From the NCBI GenBank assembly GCA_045047115.1, contig JASFYR010000010.1, positions 1 through 64,000 of the forward strand: a DNA stretch of 64,000 bases, written 5' to 3'. Positions 18,850 to 30,154 of the stretch are shown in pieces; position 1 is the stretch's first letter; the number at the start of each line of letters is the position of its first letter. Source of the DNA: Sulfurospirillum sp. GTDB lineage: Bacteria; Campylobacterota; Campylobacteria; Campylobacterales; Sulfurospirillaceae. Made by a program: the position numbers and the translations under genes. The notes below the pieces were generated by a model that saw only the letters and a program-made list of their open reading frames with translations, ran no database searches and was not told where the DNA came from.

Positions 18850-21819
18850 TTATTTTTGTCTCAAAAATCTCAATATCGTATCTATCAAATCGTCATCATC
18901 TTTACTTCTTGCTTTCAGAAGGCTCTTTTTTTCATCTTTATATTTTATCGTGATATTTTGCATATAGTTTGAGATAGAGACTATATCTTTAAGACTTGCG
19001 AGTATCTTGATATTTATGATTTGTAAAAATTGGGCTGTTATCTCATCTATCTTGCCAAATCTATCCACCATCTCTTCTTCTATGTCAAGCACATCTTTTA
19101 TGCTTTCGCACTTACTTAGCCTTCGGTAGATCTCAAGCCTTACTCTGTCTTCACTTATATAATCACTATTTATATAGGCATTTACACTCAGTTTTATATC
19201 TACACTTTTTGTCTGCACCGGCGTTTTATTCAGAAGTTCATTTATGGCATCTTCCAGCATCTTCAAATACAAAGAGTAGCCTATATTTTTTATGTGTCCG
19301 CTTTGGGCTTCGCCTATGAGGTTTCCTCCACCTCTTATCTCTAAGTCATGGTAAGCCAAAACTGAACCGCTTCCTAGATATGAGTTTGATTCAAGGGCTA
19401 TAAGTCTCTTTTTTGAAGCATCGCTTAGTTTCTCTTTATCTGAGACTAAAAAGTAGCAAAATCCCTCTTTTTTTCCTCTACCTACTCTGCCTCGAAGTTG
19501 ATGAAGGTCAGCCATACCAAAATTATCTGACGCATCTATCAAGATAGTATTGACATTTGGTATATGTATGCCTGATTCTATGATAGAGGTGCTAAGAAGT
19601 AGATCATACTTGCCATTTTGAAAATTTAACATCTCTTTTTCACTTACAGTTGGTGAAACTTTTGAGTGCAAAACTAAAATCTTCAAATTTGGCGATATCT
19701 CCAAAAGCTCCTTTTTTTTACTCTCAATCGAAGCTATACAATTATGCACAAAAAACACCTGCCCTCCTCGTCTAATCTCTCTTAAAATTGCCTCTTTTAT
19801 TACTACTTCATCATACTCTTTGACAAAAGTTCTCACATCTTCTCGCTCATCAGGCGGTGTTAGAAGCTTGGAGTATTGTTTTATGGAGCTTAATGCCATA
19901 TTTAGACTTCTTGGAATCGGTGTGGCACTCATGGAGAGTATATGTATATTTTCTCTCATACTCTTTAACTTCTCTTTTTGTTTCACACCAAATTTATGCT
20001 CCTCATCTATGATGATAAGTGCCGGATTTTTAAGTTCTTTATCTAGCAGAGTATGAGTTCCTACGCAAACTCTCAGACTTCCCTCTTTTAGCTCTTTAAG
20101 TATGATACTTCTTTGGCGAGTTGGAGTAAATCTATCCAGTTTTTCAACTCTTATACCATACTTTTTAAATCTCTCATTTAGGCTCACAAAGTGTTGAGAA
20201 CTAAGAAGAGTAGTAGGAGCTACAAGGATAGTCTGAAAACCGCTAAGTGCAACAGCAAACATCGCATTCATCGCCACTTCAGTCTTACCAAAACCTACAT
20301 CCCCGCTAAGAAGCCTATCCATCATCTTGCCACTCTTTAAATCATCACTTATCTCTTCTATACTTCTGTCTTGATCTTTTGTATAGATAAAACCACTGTC
20401 TTGTTGAAACTTTTTAATCTCCTCTTTGCTTGTATTGATCTTAAGAGCCTCCACCATCTCTCTTTTTGCAGCTATATCTATGATTTCTCTAGCTATAGCA
20501 AAGAGTTTTTCTCTGGTTTTTGCTTTTAGTTTGGCAAAACTGCCTTTTCCAAGTTTATCAACTACTGCAAGTGTTCCACTGCTTGCTATATATCTGTCTA
20601 TAACATCAAGATTTTCAACAGGCAACAGAAGCTTGTCATCTCCTTGATACTCTATCTGCACAAAATCCCTCGTAGAGCCTAAAACCTTAGAGTTTACAAG
20701 ACCTCTAAATATACCTATGCCATAATTTTCATGCACTACATAATCACCGCTTTTGAGCTCATCAAGAAGTATGGTAGCTTTTCGTCTTTTTCTCTTTTTA
20801 GTGACTCTGTTTAGTGAAATGATTATCTCTTGATTGCTTATAAGATTTACAACAAAGGGACTCTGCTCAAATTTAGACTCTTCTAGACTCAATCCTGCTT
20901 GTTTGAGCAAAACTTCATTTCTAGCCAAAATCCTCTTTTTCTTATCTTTATGAAACTCAAAAAAATCTTTTATGGAAGATATGTTTATGGGCTTATAATT
21001 TGTGGCAACAGGTAGTGTTTTCACGGAAGAAAACTTCTTTTTCACATCATTATTAAAAAGCGCAATCTCCTCTATCTCGCTGCTTAAATCCTTGGCAAGG
21101 CGGATATTAAAAGTCTCAAGATAGTCATTTTTATACTCTCCTAGAGCCCAAAGACCCAAAGAGTGTATATCTTTTTCAAAACTATCACTCTGCATAGTTT
21201 GTATTTGTGAGCTTATCTCTTTAAAACTATTTTTATTTAGAGCAAAAACTGCCGGGCATATCTCTATACTTTCAAGCTCCTCTTTATAGCTTTTTTGAGA
21301 TTCACACTCAAATACTCTGATGCTCTCAACCTCATCATCAAAAAGTGAAATTCTAACCGGCTTATCAAAATTTGCAGAAAATATATCGATGATATCACCC
21401 CTGAAAGAGGCTTCGCCTACCCCCTCTACGACATCTACCATTCTGTATCCCCAGTAAAAGAGCTCCTCTTTTAGAGTACCTATATCAATTCTTGAGGCAA
21501 ACTCAATCACTCTGGTTGCAAAAAGCTCTTTTTTTGGAAGTGGAGTCAAGAGTGTACGAATAGGAGAGACTATCATTTTTTTGGCAGACCTGTCTCCATA
21601 ATATCCACTAAGTGCAGAAAAAAGAGATCTGATCTCAGCAGAATACGGAAGCAAATCGTCACCAAAAGATGCTCTTAAATCAGGTAATATATAGACTTTT
21701 TTACCCAAAAATCCCAATACTTCAGAAACCAAAAATGCCTCTTTATCGTCTTTGACGCAGATGAGATTTATATCACTTTTTTTATCTATAAAATATTCAT
21801 AACATGTAGCTTGTATCAG
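18850..21819 (-). CDS. mfd: Transcription-repair coupling factor (start probably CTG 21819; ORF track starts at 21732)
   Basis: GDYVVHENYGIG, DRLLSGDVGFGKTE, DEEHKFG, SATPIPR, QLRGRVGR, DLEIRG. Confidence 0.95.
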   Translation of the reverse strand: MIQATCYEYFIDKKSDINLICVKDDKEAFLVSEVLGFLGKKVYILPDLRASFGDDLLPYSAEIRSLFSALSGYYGDRSAKKMIVSPIRTLLTPLPKKELFATRVIEFASRIDIGTLKEELFYWGYRMVDVVEGVGEASFRGDIIDIFSANFDKPVRISLFDDEVESIRVFECESQKSYKEELESIEICPAVFALNKNSFKEISSQIQTMQSDSFEKDIHSLGLWALGEYKNDYLETFNIRLAKDLSSEIEEIALFNNDVKKKFSSVKTLPVATNYKPINISSIKDFFEFHKDKKKRILARNEVLLKQAGLSLEESKFEQSPFVVNLISNQEIIISLNRVTKKRKRRKATILLDELKSGDYVVHENYGIGIFRGLVNSKVLGSTRDFVQIEYQGDDKLLLPVENLDVIDRYIASSGTLAVVDKLGKGSFAKLKAKTREKLFAIAREIIDIAAKREMVEALKINTSKEEIKKFQQDSGFIYTKDQDRSIEEISDDLKSGKMMDRLLSGDVGFGKTEVAMNAMFAVALSGFQTILVAPTTLLSSQHFVSLNERFKKYGIRVEKLDRFTPTRQRSIILKELKEGSLRVCVGTHTLLDKELKNPALIIIDEEHKFGVKQKEKLKSMRENIHILSMSATPIPRSLNMALSSIKQYSKLLTPPDEREDVRTFVKEYDEVVIKEAILREIRRGGQVFFVHNCIASIESKKKELLEISPNLKILVLHSKVSPTVSEKEMLNFQNGKYDLLLSTSIIESGIHIPNVNTILIDASDNFGMADLHQLRGRVGRGKKEGFCYFLVSDKEKLSDASKKRLIALESNSYLGSGSVLAYHDLEIRGGGNLIGEAQSGHIKNIGYSLYLKMLEDAINELLNKTPVQTKSVDIKLSVNAYINSDYISEDRVRLEIYRRLSKCESIKDVLDIEEEMVDRFGKIDEITAQFLQIINIKILASLKDIVSISNYMQNITIKYKDEKKSLLKARSKDDDDLIDTILRFLRQK

Positions 21820-21820
21820 T

Positions 21821-22201
21821 TTACACTTCCTCTTTTTCTATTTTTTTATCTTGCTTCATAATACTTTGTCCGTCAAATGTAGCTTTTGCTTCTATCATTA
21901 ACTCTTTTGAAGTAGTTTGTCCATTAAATATACTGCCTCCAAGCAGTTCTATGCTCCCGCAATCAGCACTACCTTCTAAAAAGCCATTTAATATCAATTT
22001 GGCAGCCTTGATTTTTCCATAAAATCTTCCTTTATTGCCGATTGTCACTATACTTTTAGAGACAATTTCACCCTCTACTTCTCCATCTATATGCAATCTT
22101 GTTTCACAATTTAATATACCGTTTATCTTGGCACCTTTTGCTATTATTGTTGTTTCTGAAGAGGAAATTGACTGCTGATCATGCTTATTAAAGACTCCCA
22201 T
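21821..22201 (-). CDS. Bactofilin (polymer-forming cytoskeletal protein, CcmA-like)
   Basis: TTIIAKGAKING..LHIDG.VEGEI beta-helix pattern; downstream of M23 peptidase. Confidence 0.9.
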   Translation of the reverse strand: MGVFNKHDQQSISSSETTIIAKGAKINGILNCETRLHIDGEVEGEIVSKSIVTIGNKGRFYGKIKAAKLILNGFLEGSADCGSIELLGGSIFNGQTTSKELMIEAKATFDGQSIMKQDKKIEKEEV

Positions 22202-23040
22202 GGTACCCTTTTCTCCTTTTTAAATATCTCTTTGAAATTTTTTTTATCCCATTTTAAAAAATTTATCGGATTTAAAGGCCTGGATATAAATCTTATTTCA
22301 TAATGAAGGTGTGGACCAGTTGAAAGTCCACTATTTCCTGTGTAACCAATGATTTCACCTTTTTTGACAAATTCTCCAGCCTTAACTATCATCTTTTTAT
22401 AAAGATGCCCATACTCTGTCTTAAATCCAAAATTATGATCGATTATGATGAGATAGCCAAATCCACTGCTTTTATGGTATCCGGCAAACTCGACTACGCC
22501 ATCAGCCGGAGCTTTGACAGGTGTTTTCCTGTCTGCTTTCAAATCAATACCTCGATGAAACTCTCTTTTTTTAAGTATCGGATGTCTGCGCCAACCAAAT
22601 TTTGCACTGATTCTCATATCCGGCAAAACATATCCGTTTGGTATGTAGTTCATTATCGTCTGCTCTTGGATACTTGTCAAGTCTATGTTTTCTACTCTTG
22701 TGCTTAGCTGAAGACTATTGTCTGGTTTCAAGCCGATTAACTCTTCGATACCACTGACTTTATCCCTGATTTCATCATACTCTTTTGTTTTGGCTTCTAT
22801 CTCTTTTTTGAGTTTTAAATTACTTTTTTGAAGTTTTTTATATTCGTTTTCCACTATCACTTTTTTTGATTGTGCAGAATCAACCTCATACATCAAAAAT
22901 GATATAAAAAAAGACCCAAATACTATCAATAAGATGATAAGTAACACAACATATAAAACAATTTTTTTTATCACCTGATGCAACAGATAGTGTTTTGAAC
23001 CATATATGTCCGATATGGTAATAGTAAATCTACTTTTCAA
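22144..23040 (-). CDS. M23 family peptidoglycan metallopeptidase (Csd1-like)
   Basis: N-terminal TM, coiled coil, FHRGID and STGPHLHYE motifs. Confidence 0.92.
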   Translation of the reverse strand: MKSRFTITISDIYGSKHYLLHQVIKKIVLYVVLLIILLIVFGSFFISFLMYEVDSAQSKKVIVENEYKKLQKSNLKLKKEIEAKTKEYDEIRDKVSGIEELIGLKPDNSLQLSTRVENIDLTSIQEQTIMNYIPNGYVLPDMRISAKFGWRRHPILKKREFHRGIDLKADRKTPVKAPADGVVEFAGYHKSSGFGYLIIIDHNFGFKTEYGHLYKKMIVKAGEFVKKGEIIGYTGNSGLSTGPHLHYEIRFISRPLNPINFLKWDKKNFKEIFKKEKRVPWESLISMISSQFPLQKQQ

Positions 23041-24184
23041 AACAATCCTTTAAAAATTTCTCCACCACTGCAAACGAGCCAAAAACCAAATACTCTTTAT
23101 CTTTTTTTATCTCATCAAACATACTTAGCTCCAAGTCTCTTTGTTTGCATATATCAACAATCTCTTCCGTAGCCATACCTCTTTGGTTTTCCATCTGTAT
23201 AATCTCAATTTTATCTATAACAGGAGTCAAAATATCGATTATTTTTTTATAGTCTTTATCTTTGAAACTATTATATATAAGAGTTACTTTCTTGCCTCTA
23301 AAATTCTCTTTTAACATCTTGGCAGCCATGATATTGTGTCCGACATCTATAGTGATATTTTTGGCTATTTTTTGGCAACGCCCCGCCATAACAGATAAAT
23401 CCAACTCTTTCAAATCCACATTGAAACCCAAAATTTTTACAGCACTGTAGGCAGTTTGAAGATTTAACTCTTGAAAAGAAGGTAATTCATTTTCTTTGAC
23501 ATATTTTTTGATAGAAGATTTTTCACTCTGCGATAAGGTATCTTGAGCCAAAAACAGCTCTGCGCCTTTTGTTTCACTTATATTTTCTGCAACCTCATAT
23601 ACACTTTTTTCGTACTGCCTGGAGAGTAATACCTTATTTTCGATACTGTTTATCTTTGTGCCAGCAATCTCCTCTATAGTATCTCCCAAAAAAAAGTTAT
23701 GGTCATATCCTATCGGTGTTACAACACTCAAGATTTTCGGAAAAACAGTAGTAGCATCAAACTCACCGCCAAGTCCTGCTTCAAATACTACATAATCACA
23801 CTGTTCTGAAAAAATCAATATAGCCAGAAAAGTTGCATATTCAAAATACGAGAGTGTATCAATAAATATATCGGGAAGTATATCTTGGAGCCTCTCGTGC
23901 GCCTTTTGTAAAATATCATCACTAACATCTTCTCCATTTTGCCATATTCTCTCATTAAAATTAAAAATATGAGGTGATGTGTAGTGACCAACAGACAAAT
24001 TTTGCTTCAAAAGCATCTGCGCCATAAATCTACCTGTGCTGCCTTTGCCGTTTGTGCCAACTATTTGTATAATTTTTGGAAATTTGATATGGTTTTTTAC
24101 ACTCTCATAAGCTCTTGGCATTCGCGAGTAATCAATCTCATCATAATAAAGAGGCTTGTTGTCCAAATATTGCTTTAAAGTCAT
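23030..24184 (-). CDS. folC: Bifunctional folylpolyglutamate/dihydrofolate synthase
   Basis: VGTNGKGS, HYTSPH, EAGLGGEFDAT, DVGHN. Confidence 0.93.
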   Translation of the reverse strand: MTLKQYLDNKPLYYDEIDYSRMPRAYESVKNHIKFPKIIQIVGTNGKGSTGRFMAQMLLKQNLSVGHYTSPHIFNFNERIWQNGEDVSDDILQKAHERLQDILPDIFIDTLSYFEYATFLAILIFSEQCDYVVFEAGLGGEFDATTVFPKILSVVTPIGYDHNFFLGDTIEEIAGTKINSIENKVLLSRQYEKSVYEVAENISETKGAELFLAQDTLSQSEKSSIKKYVKENELPSFQELNLQTAYSAVKILGFNVDLKELDLSVMAGRCQKIAKNITIDVGHNIMAAKMLKENFRGKKVTLIYNSFKDKDYKKIIDILTPVIDKIEIIQMENQRGMATEEIVDICKQRDLELSMFDEIKKDKEYLVFGSFAVVEKFLKDCFEK

Positions 24185-25728
24185 GAAAAATCAGGTAAAA
24201 CCTTGTTTCTCCCAGATCCTTTTGCCTTGTAAAGCATTTTATCTGCTGTTTCCACTGCATCTTTTAAAGAGACTTGTTTGCTTCTTTGAGAAAGACCGCA
24301 ACTTACTGTTATCTTGATTCTTTCATCTTTATACATAAACTTATATGACTCTATAATACCTCTGATCTTATTTGAAAAATAAAACGCCTGTTTCACATCA
24401 ATGTTTGGCAATATAATTAAAAACTCTTCTCCGCCATACCTGCCGACAAAATCAGTCTGTCTTATGTACTTTTTAAGAATTCTTCCGATATTTGCAAGTA
24501 TAACATCTCCTGCCTCGTGCCCGTATGTATCGTTTACCATCTTAAAATGATCGATATCTAAAAAACACAAGGAGTATTCTGTTTTATATCTACTATAAGA
24601 TTCTTCTACTTTTTTTAACTCTTGTTCCAGTGCTCGTTTTGTCGCTGCATGAGTCAGATAATCCACTTTAACCTCTTTTTTAACCGCGATCAGTGCCTTT
24701 TCTAAACCCCGGACCCTATTGTGGAGCGTTTTTATGGTATCTTGATTCTTTTTCATTTTATTGCTTAGATTTTTTGTTTCTGTCTCTAAAGATGTAGCGA
24801 TATGAACAAGTTTTGTACGAACTACTTCAAAACTGTCTTTTGAAAAATTTATATTTTGCAAATCTTTTTTTATATTTGTTACTTGCTTATTGCTGATTTC
24901 ACTACTGTCTATTAAAGCAAAAATTCTCTTATTTATCTCATCAAGCAACTTGTCCAGTGCAGAAATTTTGTTTCTTACCTCTTCATTGTCTATGTCTATT
25001 CGTTTTTTAATAAAATGCTTAATTTCATTTTGGATGGCTTTGGTACCAAGTGATATCGGATCATTTCTCAATTTATATGATATAGATGCCAAATCATCAT
25101 TCATACTCGAGGCTATGGAAGGGGCAAGGCTTGCGATAACCAAAGGGGCTAATTTTTTATATATAGCACCTTCATCCTCTTTTTGGATTATTTTTATTAT
25201 ATCTTTGACCATTTTTTCCAAATCATCTTTGTCGACATATCCGTACATATCCAACTGATGCAAGAAATCATCATCATAACTTGTTATAAAATCAAACCAT
25301 TTGTTTTTAATCAAATCAACAGACTTTAAATTTTGACTAAAGTCCATTCTTGCCAAAGAGGCGTTTGCAAGCTCTCTTGCTTTTTTATCATGCAAAAGAG
25401 TGGTAGCCTGCAAAACTCTTTTGCATAAAACAACCAAAGAGTTGATAATTTTAACACTATCACTCTCGTTTGCTCTGTTTACTTTTGTAATTAAAAATGT
25501 AAGAAGCTCATCAACAGTACTTACTTTAAATTTCTCCAAATCATGTTGAACCGTACCATCAAGTTTTTTTATGAACTTCTCTATTTTTCGGCAATCCTCT
25601 ACCAAAACACCTCTTTTTTTTGCCACATTGCAAAAATATTTAGTATAATTATCAGGAGTTAGATTTAGATTCTCTTTTCTTAGTGTCTCTATACTCTCTT
25701 TTATAATTTCATTGATAGTACTTGCCAT
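24181..25728 (-). CDS. Cytoplasmic diguanylate cyclase (GGDEF) with helical N-terminus
   Basis: DIDHFK.VNDTYGH.AGD, RQTD I-site, RYGGEEF. Confidence 0.9.
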   Translation of the reverse strand: MASTINEIIKESIETLRKENLNLTPDNYTKYFCNVAKKRGVLVEDCRKIEKFIKKLDGTVQHDLEKFKVSTVDELLTFLITKVNRANESDSVKIINSLVVLCKRVLQATTLLHDKKARELANASLARMDFSQNLKSVDLIKNKWFDFITSYDDDFLHQLDMYGYVDKDDLEKMVKDIIKIIQKEDEGAIYKKLAPLVIASLAPSIASSMNDDLASISYKLRNDPISLGTKAIQNEIKHFIKKRIDIDNEEVRNKISALDKLLDEINKRIFALIDSSEISNKQVTNIKKDLQNINFSKDSFEVVRTKLVHIATSLETETKNLSNKMKKNQDTIKTLHNRVRGLEKALIAVKKEVKVDYLTHAATKRALEQELKKVEESYSRYKTEYSLCFLDIDHFKMVNDTYGHEAGDVILANIGRILKKYIRQTDFVGRYGGEEFLIILPNIDVKQAFYFSNKIRGIIESYKFMYKDERIKITVSCGLSQRSKQVSLKDAVETADKMLYKAKGSGRNKVLPDFS

Positions 25729-25743
25729 GTCAAATCCTTGTTT

Positions 25744-26295
25744 CTATTCAAGATAAACTTTAATATCTCTTTTTATGGCTCTTTTTTGTCTATTTCCACT
25801 CATAATCCCCATAATGGAGATTTTAGAAATTATCTCATTTATCGCATCCTTGGAGGCATTTTTTATGGCCTCAAATCTTTTTGTGTCAGAAATTACACTG
25901 TTTGCCTCAATAGGAAAATCAAATTCACCAACCGTAGTAAATTTTTTTATAGTATTACTTTGCGTTTTAAAACTGGCATTTAGCATAACAACCGTCTTGT
26001 AAGCGATAACATATCCGTTTTTATCGTAAACTGTCGGTGTAAAGTTAACCGAACCGATACTTACTACAAGATTGGTATCTGCACTCTTCTTACCGCTTAG
26101 CTTAGCTCCAAATCTACCTACTACGGCCTCATTTACGGCATCTTTGATCAAAACACTGTTTTTTGGGTCTTTTCTGCTGATCTTGGCATCGACATGTATG
26201 TTTTCCCCTAAAACCCTTTTTGTATAAAATGAACTGGGCTTATATCCACACCCGATAAAGAAAAAAAGTATCACAAAAAGAGACAGATTTCTCAT
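25744..26295 (-). CDS. lptE: LPS assembly lipoprotein LptE
   Basis: Lipobox FFIGC-GYKP; position directly after leuS. Confidence 0.8.
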   Translation of the reverse strand: MRNLSLFVILFFFIGCGYKPSSFYTKRVLGENIHVDAKISRKDPKNSVLIKDAVNEAVVGRFGAKLSGKKSADTNLVVSIGSVNFTPTVYDKNGYVIAYKTVVMLNASFKTQSNTIKKFTTVGEFDFPIEANSVISDTKRFEAIKNASKDAINEIISKISIMGIMSGNRQKRAIKRDIKVYLE

Positions 26296-28742
26296 TTTAT
26301 CACCAGATTTATCAGTTTATTTGGTACATATATCTCTTTAATGATAGTTTTATCCTCCAGCCACTTTGAGACTTCTTCTTTTGCAATTTTGAGTATCTCG
26401 TCTTTTTCCAGTCCCATTTCAATTTCTATCTGAGATCTTTTCTTGCCATTTACCGTAATTGCCAGCAAAATAGTATCCTCTTTGAAGACTTCCTCAATCA
26501 ACTCTATTTTAGCAAAGTTTTTTAAATCAAAAAGTTTTTCACTAATTTCCCAACATATATGAGGAATAATAGGCTCCAAGATATTTGAAAGTATATAGTA
26601 ACCTTCACTCCAAACCAAAGCATTATCTTGCTGATTTAGTGCATTTAATGCTTCCATTGAAGCAGCTATGAGAGTGTTAAAAGTATATGAACCCCTATAT
26701 ATCTCATTTGATTTTTTAAGAGCTTCATAGACCTTTTTTCTGGCATATTTTGATTTTTTTGAAAGTTTTGCGTGTTCAATTTCTGGTAACTTTGTACACT
26801 TGCCAGCCATATCTGCTCTTGTAGCAAACCTCTTTATAAACTTAAAAGCTCCCTCAACTGCACTGTCATTCCACTCCAATTCTTTGGCGGGAGGTGCCGC
26901 AAAGAGTATAAAAAGTCTTGCCGTATCTGCTCCGTATTTTTTGATAATTTCATCAGGATCAACTGTATTGCCTTTTGATTTGCTCATCTTTGAGCCATCT
27001 TTTAAGACCATGCCTTGGGTAAGCAGATTTTTAAATGGCTCATCACTGCTTTGCATACCCATGTCTCTTAAAACTTTTGTAAAAAATCTTGAATACAAAA
27101 GATGTAGTATCGCATGCTCAATTCCTCCGATATACTGGTCAACATTCATCCAATAATCACTACTCTTTTTATCAAACGCTACCTTTTCCCATAAAGATGG
27201 ATCTGTAGTATAACGCAAAAAGTACCAGCTTGACTGGAAAAATGTATCCATCGTATCCGTCTCTCGCAAAGCATCACTTCCGCACTTAGGACATTTTGTA
27301 TATTTCCAGGTAAGATGAGTTTGGAGAGGATTCCCCTCTCCTGTTATCTCTATATCATCAGGAAGTGCAACAGGAAGATTTTCACTTTTTTCAGGAACCA
27401 AACCACACTTTGGACAGTGAATCATAGGTATCGGCGCACCCCAATACCTTTGACGACTGATACCCCAGTCTCTTAATTTATAGTTTACAACCCTTTTACC
27501 CAAGCCACTCTCTTCAAAAAACGCAATAACTGCTTTTTTACCCTCGTCACTGCTAAGCCCGGTAAATTTACCAGAATCCACCATGTACCCATATTCGGTA
27601 ATAGCCCTAGATCCATCGAAGGGTTCTTTTTTATCTTCTATGCTTTGAACTATAGGCAAATCATACTTTTTAGCAAATTCAAAATCTCTCTCATCATGAG
27701 CAGGAACTGCCATAACAGCACCTCCTCCATACTCAATTAAAACAAAATTTGCCACCCAAAGAGGAACTCTTTTTTTTGTAAGGGGGTGAAGAACATCGAG
27801 TTCAAGATAGAGACCTTCTTTTTCAACCATAGTCTTATCCCTTAAAGAGAGAGACTGCATATCTTTTATCTTTTGTATTTTTTCTTCACTCAACAGCTTA
27901 TACTCTACTAGATACTTTACTATATCATGTTCAGGCGCTAGAGCAGAGTAGCTCACTCCATATATAGTATCTGGCCTTGTTGTAAAGACTTTAAACTTAT
28001 CAAAATTGTTATTTAGCTTCTTTTTAGATTCTTCGCTAAGTGCAAAATCAAACTCCAAACCCTCGCTTCTACCTATCCAATTCTCTTGCATAGTTAAAAC
28101 TTGACTTGGCCAACCTTTTTCTAAAGTCTTAAGATCGTCCAATAACTCTTGGGCATACTGTGTGATTTTAAGATAATATCCTGCCATATCTTTTTGGACT
28201 ACTTCACTGTCACATCGCCAACATTTTCCGTCTTCTACCTGTTCATTTGCCAAAACAGTATGACAAGTATCACACCAATTTAAAGATGCACTTTTTTGAT
28301 AAACCAAACCTTTTTCAAACATATCTATAAAAATCTTCTGTTCATGTTTGGTGTAGAGTGGATCACTTGTAGCAAACTCTCTTTTTTGAGAAAACGAGAG
28401 TCCAAGAGAGTTAAGCTCTCTTTTCATATAGTCTATATTTTCATATGTCCAAATTTTAGGATGGGTCTTGTGTTTGATAGCAGCATTTTCAGCAGGCATA
28501 CCAAAAGAGTCCCAACCGATAGGATGAAGAACATTATAACCCTCTTTGCGGTTAAATCTCGCTATCGCATCACCTATGCTGTAGTTTCTAACATGTCCCA
28601 TGTGTATCTTTCCGCTAGGGTATGGGAACATACTGAGTATGTATTTTTTCTCTTTATTAAAATCGCTGCTTGGCTCAAATGAATCATTTTCCAGCCAATA
28701 CTTTTGCCACTTTTTTTCTATTTGTGAAACATTGTATTCCAT
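26292..28742 (-). CDS. leuS: Leucine-tRNA ligase
   Basis: [28 protein letters not shown]. Confidence 0.97.
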   Translation of the reverse strand: MEYNVSQIEKKWQKYWLENDSFEPSSDFNKEKKYILSMFPYPSGKIHMGHVRNYSIGDAIARFNRKEGYNVLHPIGWDSFGMPAENAAIKHKTHPKIWTYENIDYMKRELNSLGLSFSQKREFATSDPLYTKHEQKIFIDMFEKGLVYQKSASLNWCDTCHTVLANEQVEDGKCWRCDSEVVQKDMAGYYLKITQYAQELLDDLKTLEKGWPSQVLTMQENWIGRSEGLEFDFALSEESKKKLNNNFDKFKVFTTRPDTIYGVSYSALAPEHDIVKYLVEYKLLSEEKIQKIKDMQSLSLRDKTMVEKEGLYLELDVLHPLTKKRVPLWVANFVLIEYGGGAVMAVPAHDERDFEFAKKYDLPIVQSIEDKKEPFDGSRAITEYGYMVDSGKFTGLSSDEGKKAVIAFFEESGLGKRVVNYKLRDWGISRQRYWGAPIPMIHCPKCGLVPEKSENLPVALPDDIEITGEGNPLQTHLTWKYTKCPKCGSDALRETDTMDTFFQSSWYFLRYTTDPSLWEKVAFDKKSSDYWMNVDQYIGGIEHAILHLLYSRFFTKVLRDMGMQSSDEPFKNLLTQGMVLKDGSKMSKSKGNTVDPDEIIKKYGADTARLFILFAAPPAKELEWNDSAVEGAFKFIKRFATRADMAGKCTKLPEIEHAKLSKKSKYARKKVYEALKKSNEIYRGSYTFNTLIAASMEALNALNQQDNALVWSEGYYILSNILEPIIPHICWEISEKLFDLKNFAKIELIEEVFKEDTILLAITVNGKKRSQIEIEMGLEKDEILKIAKEEVSKWLEDKTIIKEIYVPNKLINLVIK

Positions 28743-28789
28743 ATATTACTCCATATTTATCGCGGTAAAATATATATTTTATCTATCTT

Positions 28790-29128
28790 TTAAAACTCTT
28801 CTCTTGTCTTTGCTGCTTCAATCAAAACCAAAGATATAGAAAATATATTTGCTATTATGGCACCTATCGCAAATGCTATTGCCATTCGGACATTGCCATT
28901 TATCTCAAACATTATGTATGCGGGAATCAGATGTAAATCTGCTACAAGGGAACTTGCAAAGAGTTCAGCTGAAAGGATATTTTTAACACCGATTTTTAGA
29001 AGTGTAGAGATTATATTTATACTTGCAGCTATAAAAAGAGCTGTTCCATTGTCTTCATACAAAAAACCGGCTGTTGTAGTCAAGCTCATCAATGCAAAAA
29101 AAATGTATATTACTTTTCCCCAATCCAT
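28790..29128 (-). CDS. Conserved small integral membrane protein between secF and leuS (DUF6394-like)
   Basis: Hydrophobic 112 aa, LVADLHLIPA; syntenic position in Campylobacterota. Confidence 0.7.
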   Translation of the reverse strand: MDWGKVIYIFFALMSLTTTAGFLYEDNGTALFIAASINIISTLLKIGVKNILSAELFASSLVADLHLIPAYIMFEINGNVRMAIAFAIGAIIANIFSISLVLIEAAKTREEF

Positions 29129-29146
29129 AACTCTGCCTCCTAAAAT

Positions 29147-29176
29147 AATTTAGCCTGAAGACATCCAGGCTAAATT
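29147..29176 (-). terminator. 11-bp stem hairpin after secF (terminator or processing site)
   Basis: AATTTAGCCTG (29147-29157) / CAGGCTAAATT (29166-29176), followed by ATTTT on minus strand. Confidence 0.55.
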
Positions 29177-29182
29177 CTGTAT

Positions 29183-30154
29183 CTACATCAAGCCTTTTTC
29201 GTATTGCGCTCTCATCTTTTCTCTTTCAACTCTTCTTTTCTCTTTTGCCAGCTGTTTCTCTTTATAATCTTTAAGATCAAAACCTAACCATTTTAACATA
29301 GGAGATGCAACAAAAACAGAACTATAAGTTCCAACTATAATACCAACCAAAAGTGTAAAACTAAAGCTGTATATAATCTCTCCGCCTAATAAAAATAGTG
29401 TTAAAATAACAAAAAATGTTGTTAAAGATGTAAGTATCGTTCGTGAAAGTGTTTTTGACACAGAGTCATTGATGACATTAAAAAGATTCATGTCTTTCGT
29501 ATCGCCAATCCCTTCTCTAATCCTGTCAAAAACAATAATCGTATCGTTCAATGAGTAACCAAGCAGGGTTAAAAGAGCTGCCAAAACATCAAGATTGAAA
29601 TCTACCTGAAAAAGTGCAATCGCACCCATTGCAATAGATATGTCATGCACCAGTGCCACAACAGATGCCAGAGCAAATCTCCACTCAAACCTAAATCCGA
29701 CATATATCAAAATAGCGAGTATTGACATCACCATCGCCATTATGCCCTTTTCACGAAGCTCTCCTCCAACTTTTGGTCCAACTATATCAACTCTTCTTAT
29801 CTCAAATTTTCCTGTACCTTTAAGTAAGTTTTTAATCTTGTCTCCGGCATCAGTACTTACATTGCCACTTGTTGTCGCAAAACGAATTATTATCTCATCC
29901 GGTGAGCCAAATTCCGTGATGGTTGCATTTGCAAAGACTTTATCTTTCCCTATCGCTTCTCTTATCTTTTTAATAGGAGCTTTTGAATCATACTTTACCT
30001 GAACAACAGTTCCACCAGAAAAATCTATACCGTAATTTAAACCTTTTGTATACAAAAAGAAGTATGATGCAAGCATCAAAACAAGTGAAATTGATATGAA
30101 AAAATTACTCTTTCCCATAAAATCATAGGTCTTATCTTTTGAAAATATCTGCAT
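29183..30154 (-). CDS. secF: Protein translocase subunit SecF
   Basis: GIDFSGG, VGPKVG.EL, GYSLNDTIIVFDRIRE. Confidence 0.96.
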   Translation of the reverse strand: MQIFSKDKTYDFMGKSNFFISISLVLMLASYFFLYTKGLNYGIDFSGGTVVQVKYDSKAPIKKIREAIGKDKVFANATITEFGSPDEIIIRFATTSGNVSTDAGDKIKNLLKGTGKFEIRRVDIVGPKVGGELREKGIMAMVMSILAILIYVGFRFEWRFALASVVALVHDISIAMGAIALFQVDFNLDVLAALLTLLGYSLNDTIIVFDRIREGIGDTKDMNLFNVINDSVSKTLSRTILTSLTTFFVILTLFLLGGEIIYSFSFTLLVGIIVGTYSSVFVASPMLKWLGFDLKDYKEKQLAKEKRRVEREKMRAQYEKGLM

